Below, one piece after another: positions 27,897 to 37,730 of a stretch of DNA of 48,740 nucleotides. The notes under the pieces were generated by a model. It was given only the letters and a program-made list of their open reading frames with translations, was not told the DNA's origin and did no database searches. Numbering within the stretch: the first letter of the stretch is position 1; each line of letters begins with the position of its first letter. The stretch covers positions 1 to 48,740 of the forward strand of contig JBFRWN010000024.1 of assembly GCA_051439605.1 (NCBI GenBank), in the 5' to 3' direction. The position numbers and the translations under genes were made by a program. This DNA is from Synechococcus sp. GTDB lineage: Bacteria > Cyanobacteriota > Cyanobacteriia > Thermostichales > PCC-7336.

Positions 27897-29255
27897 TCAT
27901 GGAAGCATGTTTTCCAAAGCTGCTTGCAACTCATCGGTGACTGTGGCGATCGTCCGACGTCGATTTGCTTTGTAGCTATCCCAATGACTCGTCACAGAAA
28001 TAGGTTCACCGATGGAGAAGCGAGCAGTTCGTTGACCCAACTTCGGCTTAGAACCTACCGGTTGATTTCTCAGTCTGGCCACCAAGTCCCATAAAATTAC
28101 CGCGGTTTCTGCCACTCGCTCGGGGGTGGGTTTCTCAGCTACATAATCGTTTCTGAGGGCAACAAAGTTTTCCACAATGCGCATGTGCCAGAGCAAGGCA
28201 CTGGCTTCTTTCGCCACCTGATTGGCAAAGGCTTTTTCCACCATCGACAACTGGGCGATATCTTCAATATCTGTTCGGAAGATGCGATCCCAGGCCGTTT
28301 GTTCGATTTTGTGCCGCCGTTCGATCAGCGATCCTTTGGCAGGCAATCCAAACGCTCCTTCCGGTACGCTGAGGGAGGCAGCCAGTAAAGCTTGCAGGCG
28401 AGCGCGCAAATCGGTCCCTTCTTGCGACAACTCCTGACCGTAAAACCGAATATAAAACTCCTCGGCTTTGGGCAGTAGGTAAGCACCTAGCTTTAGCAGG
28501 CGATCTCGAAACCACAGTCCCAGTTGCTTGTCTTCATCCGCCGGCAACTGCCGATTGACTTCCAACCCGCAATCGGTTTCCAGTCCGCACAGCAACTGGT
28601 GAATTTTTTCCCAAGGGCTGCGATTGAAGGTATATCGCAAACCCACTGGCACAATAAAGACTTCCTCCTCGCGGTCCGCTTTCTGCAAGTCATCCACACA
28701 CCAAAACCCCATTTGGGCAACGCCTGGTTCCAGCGGATTAACAATTTCGCCATACCCGTTCACAGTTCCCTCTGGGGCCATCGCTAAGGGGAAGGGGCCA
28801 TTAGAGAGGAGGTCTCGAACGACTTTGAGGGCGGTGCGATCGATCGTGCCGCGTTTAATCGGAACCGACCCCATGCGGGGAAACAACCAACGGGCACCCG
28901 GACCACCCCATAATAAAATCCCCCGCTCGTAAATGTAGTGGGCATGACCTTCACCTGGGATGTGTTTCCCCATATTTTTGGCGGTTCGGGGTAAAACATT
29001 GAGCAGCATGTGCTCGATAGACGGTGGATCGTCTGTGGAGGGATGGCGAAAGGCAATGATGAAACGAGCTTTCTTGCTGTAAAAGGCCCGAAAGAGATCG
29101 ACCAGGGGTTCGGGATTTTCAATAGTCGCCCCACTCACACTGGCATTGAGCCTCATCCATAGCGGCCCCATGTACTTCAGGACGGGAAAGACAATCGGAT
29201 CGAATTGCGGTGGAACAAATTCAAGCGGAGGTTGTACGGTGTCGAAGTGTTGCAT
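27897..29255 (-). CDS. PlsC-superfamily (1-acyl-sn-glycerol-3-phosphate-type) acyltransferase, long cyanobacterial form
   Basis: HxxxxD motif RHPSTDD, PIKRG, APEG, IVPVGLRY. Confidence 0.85.
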   Translation of the reverse strand: MQHFDTVQPPLEFVPPQFDPIVFPVLKYMGPLWMRLNASVSGATIENPEPLVDLFRAFYSKKARFIIAFRHPSTDDPPSIEHMLLNVLPRTAKNMGKHIPGEGHAHYIYERGILLWGGPGARWLFPRMGSVPIKRGTIDRTALKVVRDLLSNGPFPLAMAPEGTVNGYGEIVNPLEPGVAQMGFWCVDDLQKADREEEVFIVPVGLRYTFNRSPWEKIHQLLCGLETDCGLEVNRQLPADEDKQLGLWFRDRLLKLGAYLLPKAEEFYIRFYGQELSQEGTDLRARLQALLAASLSVPEGAFGLPAKGSLIERRHKIEQTAWDRIFRTDIEDIAQLSMVEKAFANQVAKEASALLWHMRIVENFVALRNDYVAEKPTPERVAETAVILWDLVARLRNQPVGSKPKLGQRTARFSIGEPISVTSHWDSYKANRRRTIATVTDELQAALENMLP

Positions 29256-29386
29256 GAGGTGCAGTCAATATCTCAAATAGGTCAAATTGAAAATTGTGCA
29301 GACAAGCTGCCGAGAAAAACTAGCTATCTTGCTGGACATAGGTCCAAAAGGCACGTGATGGCATGAGGCTGTGTGAAATTAAGGAG

Positions 29387-31246
29387 TCAGTCAGCATAGA
29401 TATCGGAAATCAAGTCTGAATAACGCTCTATCACTTGCTTGCGCCGTACCTTCAAGGTTTGGGTCATCAAACCGTTTTCCACCGTGAAGGGTTCGGGCAC
29501 GATGCGAAAGTCGGCAATGATGTCGTCCGCTCGATATCCTGGACGTTCTTTCACCCGCTGTTTGAGCTCGCTGGCGATTAGGTTCAACACAGATTCTTGT
29601 TCCAGGAGATTCTGGGTGGACATCCCTTGGCCCCCTGCCCACGAAGTAAGAGTCTCTTCGTTCGGCACCACTAACGCCCCCAGTCGCTTTTGGTCTTGAC
29701 CCACAACGACTATTTGATCGATGTAAGGGCTGCGGCTACAGGCATCCTCCAACGGCACAGGTTCTATATTCTCCCCATTGCGCAGCACAATCGTATCCTT
29801 TGCCCGACCGGTGAGAACGAGGTCGCCATGGGGGGTGAGCCAGCCCAAATCCTCGGTGTTAAACCAACCATCGGGGGTGAGGACTTTTGCCGTTGCCTCA
29901 AGGTTGTCTAAATACCCTTGCATCACCTGCGGTCCTCGGACAAAGACCAAGCCAACGCTACCTTGGGGTAACGGTTTGAGGCTGGACGGATCGACAATTT
30001 GTATTTCCGTATCGGCGATTGGCTGGCCAACCGTGCCCCGCACGTTATGGGTGGGACTGCGGGCGGTCAAGATGGGGGCAGTTTCGGTCAGACCGTAGCC
30101 ATTTAAGACTTCCACTCCGCAAAGTTCCAAGAAGTTATCGACATAACTGGGCAACGATCCGCCGCCGCTAATGGCATAGCTGAGTTCTGGCGCGATGGTG
30201 CTGCGAATTTTGGAATAGATGAGACGATTGCCCAGTTGGTGCAGTGGAGCCAGTAACTGGTTTAGAAGTTTGGCCCTCAGGCGAACCATGGGGGAAGCGT
30301 CAAAATGGTTGATAGAAAAGTTGTCGGCAATGCGCCGCTGGAGGATGTAGCGATGGCTGATGTTGAGGAAAAAGTCAGTCAGCTGTTTTTTCCCTCCCTC
30401 CACTTTGTTGAATTGTTGCTGGACGCCGTCATACAGCAATTCCCAAATGCGGGGAACTGCCACCAAAAAGTGCGGTTTTTCGGATGCGAGATCTTTTTTT
30501 AGATGGCGGGGGTTCGTATAGATGATGGAGCATCCTTGGCTGAGGGCGAAATATTCTCCGGCTCGTTCGTAGGCATGCCAAGTGGGAAGGATGGATAGCA
30601 CGCGATTGCCAACGTCCAGCTGGATGAGTTGGCGTAGGCCTTCCACCTGGTGCATGAGATTGCCGTGACTGAGCATCACTCCCTTAGGCCGTCCGGTGGT
30701 GCCGGAGGTGTAGATCAGGGTTGCAAGATCTTGGCGGGTCAGGTCGGGGGGAACAAATGAGTGGGATTGTCCCCGTGTTTGCACTTCGCTAAACGGGATA
30801 CCGCCATCGAGGGACTCGTCGGAGATAAAGATGATATTCGCAAGGGAAAAATCAGCCAGTTCAGGCTCCAGCTTGGCCCAGGTTTTAGCATTTTCAACTA
30901 TGACAGTGGAACTTTGACTGTGACGTACAATATATGCCAGTTCTTTGGCGTCGGCGTTGGAACTGCGAGGAACGTTGGCCAGCCCCGCCATCATGGTGGC
31001 AATATCTAAAATCATCCAGCGGGGAGAGTTGTCGGAGATTATCGCTACCCTTTCCCCCTTAAAGAGGCCAAGCGATTGTAAACCGCTGGCAAAGTTTAAA
31101 GCCTGTTGATAGAGCTGTTGAAACGTCAGTTCGACATCTGGTTTGCTATGGGGGTCGCGTAAGGCGAGGCGATCGCCATATTGATTCGCCAGTTGTTGCC
31201 AAAGAGTCGGCAAGGTTACTTCAGAAGACATCATCACCGCATTCAT
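29387..31246 (-). CDS. aas: Acyl-ACP synthetase / long-chain fatty acid ligase
   Basis: YTSGTTGRPKGVMLSHGN, LSILPTWHAYER, NGYGLTET, GRAKDTIVLRNGENIEP, ENGLMTQTLK. Start uncertain (31246, 31234 or 31231). Confidence 0.85.
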   Translation of the reverse strand: MNAVMMSSEVTLPTLWQQLANQYGDRLALRDPHSKPDVELTFQQLYQQALNFASGLQSLGLFKGERVAIISDNSPRWMILDIATMMAGLANVPRSSNADAKELAYIVRHSQSSTVIVENAKTWAKLEPELADFSLANIIFISDESLDGGIPFSEVQTRGQSHSFVPPDLTRQDLATLIYTSGTTGRPKGVMLSHGNLMHQVEGLRQLIQLDVGNRVLSILPTWHAYERAGEYFALSQGCSIIYTNPRHLKKDLASEKPHFLVAVPRIWELLYDGVQQQFNKVEGGKKQLTDFFLNISHRYILQRRIADNFSINHFDASPMVRLRAKLLNQLLAPLHQLGNRLIYSKIRSTIAPELSYAISGGGSLPSYVDNFLELCGVEVLNGYGLTETAPILTARSPTHNVRGTVGQPIADTEIQIVDPSSLKPLPQGSVGLVFVRGPQVMQGYLDNLEATAKVLTPDGWFNTEDLGWLTPHGDLVLTGRAKDTIVLRNGENIEPVPLEDACSRSPYIDQIVVVGQDQKRLGALVVPNEETLTSWAGGQGMSTQNLLEQESVLNLIASELKQRVKERPGYRADDIIADFRIVPEPFTVENGLMTQTLKVRRKQVIERYSDLISDIYAD

Positions 31247-31606
31247 TACCCTTGTCTTTGAGTATGAACGGCAGCGGAAGATTGGCAAGTTTCTGAAATA
31301 CGAGTTTCTGAAAATACAAGTGTTTCAGGGTACAGCGTTTTGAAATTCATGAACATCGAAGTCATGGTCTGCCTCTAGGAGTGTTAGATCGATCGCAACA
31401 ACCGAATATTTCTGCATCCTATGCCCCACCATGCCTTGGGGGGCGATCTTAATGTGACAGTTCGGCGATCGGTCTCATATGCGATTCTCCAGCTAGCATC
31501 CTCGTGCCTTTTTCCATTCAGCTTGTGTCAATCACAGTTTTGTAACGGAGAAGACTAGAGTAGAAGGCACCAGTCACCGCACTGTTATCCCTTCACCGAA
31601 TTGTTT

Positions 31607-32773
31607 ATGGTCTCCATTGCTCGCCGCAATCTATTTGCCGATATTCCCCGCCTGTTGGTGGCCCAGGCCGGTATCACTTTCGCAGTCAGCCTTGTTACCA
31701 TTCAAACCGGTATTCTCCAAGGGTTTACTCGCTCCACAACGTTAATTGTGGATAATGCACCAGCCGAAATCTGGGTTGGATCTGAGGAGATGGTTTACCT
31801 AGAGCTCTCACCATCCACCCTTTCCACCGAACAACTGGACAAATTGCAGGAGATTGAAGGCGTAGAGATAGTAGAGCCCTTATATTTGGCAACCAGCCGC
31901 TGGAAATCAGAACAAGGGTTAACCCCCGTGCGTATTTTTGGAGTGGATCCTGGGGGGACGCTGTTTCAGCCTGGAGAGATCGTCGAGGGAAGCTGGGAAA
32001 GCCTCAATCAGCCCTTATCGGCGATCGCCGATCGGGCCAATCTTTACTCCTTAGGAATTCGCGCAACAGGAGACTTCGCGGAACTGAATTCGATCTATGT
32101 CGAGATCGCCGGTCTGGTTCGGGAAACCCAGTCCATTGCTTCAAGTGCTTACATTTACATGTCTTTGGCTAACGCCTACAACTACTTGGGCCTGCCCTAC
32201 ATTGCCTCAGAGAACGAGCAGAATGGAGAACAACCCCTTGGCCCAACAACATACTTTCTCGTTGATGTAGCTGATGATGCCGATCTCCAACAGGTGACCC
32301 AACAGATCGCGGAGGCATTACCGGGATACATTGCCTATCCCAAAGAAGAGATTATCCAACGCACCCAAACCTACTGGCGGGACCGGACAGGAGTGGGTTT
32401 CATTTTAGGCACGGGCGCTCTTGTCGGAGTAATTGTTGGGGTAGCGATCGTAGGTCAAATCTTGTATTCTTCGGTCTCCGATCGCCTGAAAGACTACGGT
32501 ACTCTCAAGGCGATGGGGGCAGATGACAGCATGCTATACGGCATCATCCTCCGCCAGGCAATGTGGATGGCGGTGCTGGGATATGTCCCAGGTCTAGCAC
32601 TTTGCTTGGGGTTGAGCCATTGGGCAATGGCATCCCAAGGGGTGCTGATTTTAATCACGCCGACAATGGCATTGGGGGTGTTTGGATTGACACTCGCAAT
32701 GTGCTCCTGCTCGGCAGTATTTGCCATCCAGAAAGCAACTCGTGTAGACCCCAGCATCGTATTCAATTCTTAA
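31607..32773 (+). CDS. ABC exporter permease, DevC/FtsX-like
   Basis: MVSIARRNL, AQAGITFAVSL, QILYSSVSDRLKDYGTLKAMGA, RVDPSIVF. Confidence 0.88.
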   Translation: MVSIARRNLFADIPRLLVAQAGITFAVSLVTIQTGILQGFTRSTTLIVDNAPAEIWVGSEEMVYLELSPSTLSTEQLDKLQEIEGVEIVEPLYLATSRWKSEQGLTPVRIFGVDPGGTLFQPGEIVEGSWESLNQPLSAIADRANLYSLGIRATGDFAELNSIYVEIAGLVRETQSIASSAYIYMSLANAYNYLGLPYIASENEQNGEQPLGPTTYFLVDVADDADLQQVTQQIAEALPGYIAYPKEEIIQRTQTYWRDRTGVGFILGTGALVGVIVGVAIVGQILYSSVSDRLKDYGTLKAMGADDSMLYGIILRQAMWMAVLGYVPGLALCLGLSHWAMASQGVLILITPTMALGVFGLTLAMCSCSAVFAIQKATRVDPSIVFNS

Positions 32774-32865
32774 AATGTCGCCAGCTATTTTAGCTTTCAG
32801 GTCACTCGAAGTATCTATCTCATGGAAACTACTGACTATGAGAGCGCATCACAAATAGCCACCCG

Positions 32866-33426
32866 CTAACACATACCTGAACCATCTCCACAGCGTTCGA
32901 TTAATAGAGTCGGTCTGGGCTGTCCGTGGTTGCTGTCGATGAACCATCCGTCGGTTAAATCAACATTTCCATCGACGATTGAATCCAGTTGCTCCCTGGT
33001 GCTGAGGGGAAAATTAAAGCTTGAAATCGATACACCGACATAATTATCACCGCCACTGTAATTATCAAAGTTGTACCGACCCCCTAACGGAGTACTCTCC
33101 AAAAACGCAGTGCCGTTAATGTAACCCTCTGTCCCAGTAGGGACTTCCTCGTGATTATCGCTGGGATATGCTCCAGTCAAAATTGCAAACGAATGAATTC
33201 CATCCGCAAAACTTTTCATTTCGCTCACCGCTGCAGCCATTCTGGCACGATCGACCTGCCCCAGCATGGATGGAATCGCCACGGCCGTTAGAACCCCAAT
33301 CACGACAAGCACAACCAATAATTCAATCAGAGTGAACCCCCTGTTTTTCAGCTGGCGTTGCTTGGGTAAGTGAGTTGCCGAATAAAGCTGAAGCAACAAT
33401 TTCTGCCGAAAAGATAAGTTCATCAT
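32866..33426 (-). CDS. Type IV pilin / pseudopilin-like protein
   Basis: Prepilin cleavage and N-methylation motif RG|FTLIELLVVLVVIGVLTAVAIP. Confidence 0.9.
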   Translation of the reverse strand: MMNLSFRQKLLLQLYSATHLPKQRQLKNRGFTLIELLVVLVVIGVLTAVAIPSMLGQVDRARMAAAVSEMKSFADGIHSFAILTGAYPSDNHEEVPTGTEGYINGTAFLESTPLGGRYNFDNYSGGDNYVGVSISSFNFPLSTREQLDSIVDGNVDLTDGWFIDSNHGQPRPTLLIERCGDGSGMC

Positions 33427-33723
33427 TGCAGTTGGTGCGGCACCACACCCAGCGAACTTCGTGTTAAGACATTACCCATATCCGTAGATAAACCTATCTC
33501 TGTTTTACGCATTTACTCCGAATAAATGCGCAGATTTTACCTCACCAGGATTGTATGTGCGATCCTTTACACTCTTGTTTTCCCCAGCCTAAATCGTTAG
33601 AAAGCGGTCATAATCTGCCAGATGTCCCTAATCCAATCAACGGTTCCTAACCAAATAGGTCTTGATACCTGCTACTTGTGGCTTTGTTAAACTCATGAAG
33701 ACAAACTTTCGAGCCTGACGATC

Positions 33724-34455
33724 GTGTGGGAATCCCTTCAGCTTTGGCTGTACCAACTTGAGGGTATGGCCGATCGCCTCGTGACAGCTCAGCTGATCCA
33801 TTTAACGTGGATGAGTGCAGCTGTGGTGTTCGGGGCTGGGCTGGTGACCAGTTTGTCTCCCTGCATGCTGTCCATGCTGCCCATTACGGTGGGCTACATC
33901 GGTGGATACAGCGAAGAGCAAAAGCGCTGGGAAGCCACTGTCCAGTCCCTCTGGTTCGCCCTCGGATTAGCTATTACGTTGACGGCATTAGGTTTATCTG
34001 CGGCTTTGCTGGGGCGTATCTACGGTCAAGTGGGACAGCTTTGGCCGTTGCTCATGGGGGGAGTGGCGATTGCGATGGGGTTGAATCTGCTTGAGGTGCT
34101 CTCCATCCCGTTTCCCAATTGGTTCGCTGATAAAGAAATTCCCCAAGAATTACCAGGGGCGATGCGTTCGCTACTGTTGGGCCTCACCTTTGGCTTGATT
34201 GCCTCTCCCTGCAGTACTCCTGTTTTGGTGGCCTTGCTAGGGTGGGTCTCAGGAAGCGGAAATCCGGCGGTGGGTGGGGGACTGCTATTTGCGTATGCCC
34301 TTGGCTTAGTGTCCCCCCTCGTTGTAGCCGGTACATTTACAGGGGTTGTGAAACAGTTGTTAGCCGCTCGCAGTTGGTCTCGATGGCTAACCTACAGTAG
34401 TGGTGTTCTGTTGGTGGCCTTCGGGACCCTTTCCCTTGCCTCGAAGTTTGCCTGA
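33724..34455 (+). CDS. ccdA: Cytochrome c biogenesis thiol-disulfide transporter CcdA
   Basis: GLVTSLSPCMLSMLP and ASPCSTPVL Cys motifs; directly upstream of ccs1. Confidence 0.93.
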   Translation: MWESLQLWLYQLEGMADRLVTAQLIHLTWMSAAVVFGAGLVTSLSPCMLSMLPITVGYIGGYSEEQKRWEATVQSLWFALGLAITLTALGLSAALLGRIYGQVGQLWPLLMGGVAIAMGLNLLEVLSIPFPNWFADKEIPQELPGAMRSLLLGLTFGLIASPCSTPVLVALLGWVSGSGNPAVGGGLLFAYALGLVSPLVVAGTFTGVVKQLLAARSWSRWLTYSSGVLLVAFGTLSLASKFA

Positions 34456-34527
34456 GATCGGGCGAGAATTGGATCGCTATCTCCCCGATTGCCAGTTATC
34501 AGTCCTTACCCATTGCCATACCAATTT

Positions 34528-35886
34528 ATGAAGGCTATTTTCCGTTACCTGCGCCGCGATCTCTTGCCCGTTTTAGCGGATTTAAGATTGGCAATTGTAT
34601 TGTTGTTGATTATCGCAATCGCCTGCGCCACCGGAACATTTGTCGAGCAGGGGGAGACCCTACAGTATTACCAAGCCAACTACCCAGAAGCACCGGCCAA
34701 ATTTGGCTTTCTAAGCTGGAAAGTATTGCTAGCCCTCAGCCTCGATCGAGTCTATCAAGCCACCTGGTTTATCGCCTTGCTGATCCTATTTGGCTCCAGC
34801 TTGACAGCCTGCACCATTACACGCCAATGGCCGATGTTAAAGGTGGCGCGGCGCTGGAGTTATTACAAGCGGCCAGAATCCTTCCGCAAATTTGCCCTCA
34901 GTGCTTCCCTACCCGATCGCCAGCTGGATGCCTTTGAAGCTGCCCTCCAACAGCAGCGATATCTCACCTTTCGGGACGGAGATAAACTCTATGCTCGCAA
35001 AGGCATCGTAGGCAAGATCGGACCCATTGTGGTGCATGCCAGCATGCTACTGGTATTGGCAGGTGCCATCTGGGGATCGCTCTCGGGTTACAAAGTGCAG
35101 GAGATGATTCCAGCCGGCACGATTTCACCCATCCGCAATGCTATTGAAATGGGCACCTGGGCAAAAGGAACTCTGCCCAGTTGGGAAGTAAAGGTCAATC
35201 GCTTCTGGATCGACTATGCCGCAGATGGTCGGGTGAAACAATTTTACTCCGACCTTTCCGTGCTGGAGCAGGGAGAGGAGGTCAAGCGCAAAACCATCTT
35301 TGTGAACGAGCCCCTGAAATATAAAGGTGTGACCCTTTACCAGGCAGATTGGAGCGTTGATTCTGCTGTAGTGCGTATCAACCGCAGCCCTGCCTTTAGA
35401 CTGCCGCTACAGCAATTGCGCCAGCCCGGCGGCAATAAGCTTTGGGGCACGTTTGTGCCCACCAAGCCGGATATGTCAGAGGGACTAACCATGTTGGTGC
35501 CCGATTTTCAGGGGACGGCACTCGTGTACGGCAAAGATGGCAATCTGGTGGGTCCCATGCGAGCAGGGGGCAGCATTGAAGTGGATGGGCAAACTATCTA
35601 TTTAGATGACTTGATAGGAGCAACAGGGCTGCAGATTAAGTCCGATCCTGGGATTCCCATGGTGTATGCCGGATTTGGGCTATTGATGTTGGGAGTCCTT
35701 ATGAGCTACGTCAGCCACAGCCAGATTTGGGCGCTGCAAGTGGGCACAGAGCTTTATGTAGGTGGAAAAACCAATCGCGCCTTAGTAACCTTCGAACGGC
35801 AGTTTTATGACCTGATCGATCGCACCGTCCCTCCCTCAACCGCTACAGTAGACGAAATCAATTCTCAGCCCAACCCCATTGGCTAG
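34528..35886 (+). CDS. ccs1: Cytochrome c biogenesis protein Ccs1/CcsB (ResB family)
   Basis: LADLRLAI, GTFVEQ, SLTACT, GPIVVHAS, QFYSDLS, VNEPL.YKGVT.YQADW, DPGIPMVY; start probably at ATG 34528. Confidence 0.92.
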   Translation: MKAIFRYLRRDLLPVLADLRLAIVLLLIIAIACATGTFVEQGETLQYYQANYPEAPAKFGFLSWKVLLALSLDRVYQATWFIALLILFGSSLTACTITRQWPMLKVARRWSYYKRPESFRKFALSASLPDRQLDAFEAALQQQRYLTFRDGDKLYARKGIVGKIGPIVVHASMLLVLAGAIWGSLSGYKVQEMIPAGTISPIRNAIEMGTWAKGTLPSWEVKVNRFWIDYAADGRVKQFYSDLSVLEQGEEVKRKTIFVNEPLKYKGVTLYQADWSVDSAVVRINRSPAFRLPLQQLRQPGGNKLWGTFVPTKPDMSEGLTMLVPDFQGTALVYGKDGNLVGPMRAGGSIEVDGQTIYLDDLIGATGLQIKSDPGIPMVYAGFGLLMLGVLMSYVSHSQIWALQVGTELYVGGKTNRALVTFERQFYDLIDRTVPPSTATVDEINSQPNPIG

Positions 35887-35919
35887 CAGGATTCACTAGC
35901 CATCGTAAAGGAGTTCCCC

Positions 35920-36909
35920 TTGTCTAACCCCAACCCCTCCATCGTCAGTTTGGAGCAAGTGCCCACCTACGACCTAGATGAGCTGCGTTACGCCCTTGCC
36001 AGTCTGTTGCACCCCTGGGGTGGCATGTCCGGAGTATTGAGCTCTGCTAGTCAGCAGTCGAATCCAAGAGTCTTGTTGAAACCGAATTTGTTGACGGGCT
36101 CACGCCCCGAGAATGAATGCACCACTCGTCCCGAAGTGGTTCGGGTCGTGGCAGAGGCAGTACTAGAAGCAGGAGGGCAACCCTTCATCGGCGATAGCCC
36201 GGCATTCGGAAGCGCCTTTGGTGTGGCCTCCAAAAACGGGTTGGTCCCCATGTGTGAAGAGCTGGGAATTGACATTATTGAATTTAAAGGCACTCGCTTT
36301 AACGCTCCGGAAGAGCGCCAGTTCGCCCATTTGCGTCTCAGTCGCGAGGCATTGGGGGCGGATGTGGTTATCAACTTACCGAAAGTAAAATCCCATACGC
36401 AGCTAACAGTAACGCTGGCGGTGAAAAACTTATTCGGCTGCGTTCCCGGCAAGATGAAAGCCTGGTGGCACATGGAAGCGGGTAAAGACCAATTGCGGTT
36501 TGCCACCATGCTGGTGGAAACAGCCCTGGCGATAGCCCCTCAGCTCACGATTGTGGATGGTATTTTAGGGCACGAAGGCAACGGTCCCAGTGGCGGAACT
36601 CCTCGCCAGTTGGGTCTACTGGCGGCCTCCCCTGACGTTTTTGCCCTCGATCGCCTATTACTAGATATCCTGATGGTTGATACGCAAACTGTACCCATTT
36701 ACTTGGCAGGCCGCCAATTAGGGGTTATGCCAGACATGGATGACATTCAGGTGCTGGGGGCTGAATGGCGAGAGCTTCAGGTGGACGATTGGCAATTGCC
36801 CGATCGCCTCATGCCCATCGACTTTGGAGCCCCTAGAGTTTTGCGATCGAGCCTCAAGCATTTATTAACTCTGTGGTCAGAAGCGCGTAGTTTACCGAGA
36901 CGAGCATAA
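35920..36909 (+). CDS. DUF362-domain protein
   Basis: VLLKPNLL, TTRPEVV, GDSPAFG, INLPKVKSH, AVKNLFGCVPG, VDGILGHEGNGP. Confidence 0.9.
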   Translation: MSNPNPSIVSLEQVPTYDLDELRYALASLLHPWGGMSGVLSSASQQSNPRVLLKPNLLTGSRPENECTTRPEVVRVVAEAVLEAGGQPFIGDSPAFGSAFGVASKNGLVPMCEELGIDIIEFKGTRFNAPEERQFAHLRLSREALGADVVINLPKVKSHTQLTVTLAVKNLFGCVPGKMKAWWHMEAGKDQLRFATMLVETALAIAPQLTIVDGILGHEGNGPSGGTPRQLGLLAASPDVFALDRLLLDILMVDTQTVPIYLAGRQLGVMPDMDDIQVLGAEWRELQVDDWQLPDRLMPIDFGAPRVLRSSLKHLLTLWSEARSLPRRA

Positions 36910-37028
36910 GAACCCTAGCTAGCAAACACCCGTAGCCAAATTTCCGATGAAGCGATCGCGCACAATTCAACAGCAAGCAGCAGTCCAGTGGCAGGCGAGC
37001 AAAGTAAGTCATCTGACCGGAGTTATTT

Positions 37029-37679
37029 GTGGACAGGCATAACTCAGATGCTGCTTCAATTTCCTCATCCCAACAGCTTCAGGAGCTAGAGCTGGCTGCC
37101 TCGCAGCAATTTTACGAAGATGCGGTTTGCTGGTTAGGTCGACCCCAGAATGTGTATCGACTGCTAAGCGAAGCCGTTCTGCCTCCGGTGTCAAGTTGGG
37201 TACGCGGCAGCAGCAACCACCACACGTTCAATTCTTGGCGCGTGGAACAAATTCGCACATTTCTGTATCCGGTAATGGCCTTCGAGCAAGAGAACAGCAC
37301 CGAAGTGTTGTGTAGCGAAGCCATTCTGCTCTGTGGAGATGGCAACTACTACAACCCCTGCGATGTGGCGATCGCCGTGTTTGTGCAGCGACCTCACGAA
37401 GCATTCAGTCAGCTATTTCAGCGTGTTCGCCAAGCAGAGTCCACTATCTTGCGCGGCCCTCGCGCCATGATGACTACGGAGCATGTGAGTTTAGCGCGCA
37501 CGGGGACAGACTACATCAACACAAAATATCTGGTATGGCCCTACCGCGTTCGACCTGCCGCAATTGAAACGTTAACTAAGCAAGGGATTTCCCATATCAA
37601 GCTGTCCCCCGCTGAAACTGCACTGCCGTTTTTACAAGCCAGTAGCCCCAACAACCCCAATTCCTTCCCAGAATCCTAG
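37029..37679 (+). CDS. Hypothetical protein
   Basis: 216-aa ORF fills the gap between the DUF362 gene and the convergent cobI; no motif recognised. Confidence 0.6.
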   Translation: MDRHNSDAASISSSQQLQELELAASQQFYEDAVCWLGRPQNVYRLLSEAVLPPVSSWVRGSSNHHTFNSWRVEQIRTFLYPVMAFEQENSTEVLCSEAILLCGDGNYYNPCDVAIAVFVQRPHEAFSQLFQRVRQAESTILRGPRAMMTTEHVSLARTGTDYINTKYLVWPYRVRPAAIETLTKQGISHIKLSPAETALPFLQASSPNNPNSFPES

Positions 37680-37730
37680 AGAACTGGGTGGAAAGCAGTA
37701 CGGGAACTAGCTCGAAGACATATGACAGAT

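Noticed and set aside
27145..27975. 276-aa plus-strand ORF
   Set aside because: Lies antisense to the well-supported MFS gene; typical shadow ORF.
29550..29559. 10-bp match (ttcacccgct) to the tRNA-Gly 3' end, considered as an att-site duplication
   Set aside because: Too short, lies inside the intact aas CDS, and there is no integrase in the window.
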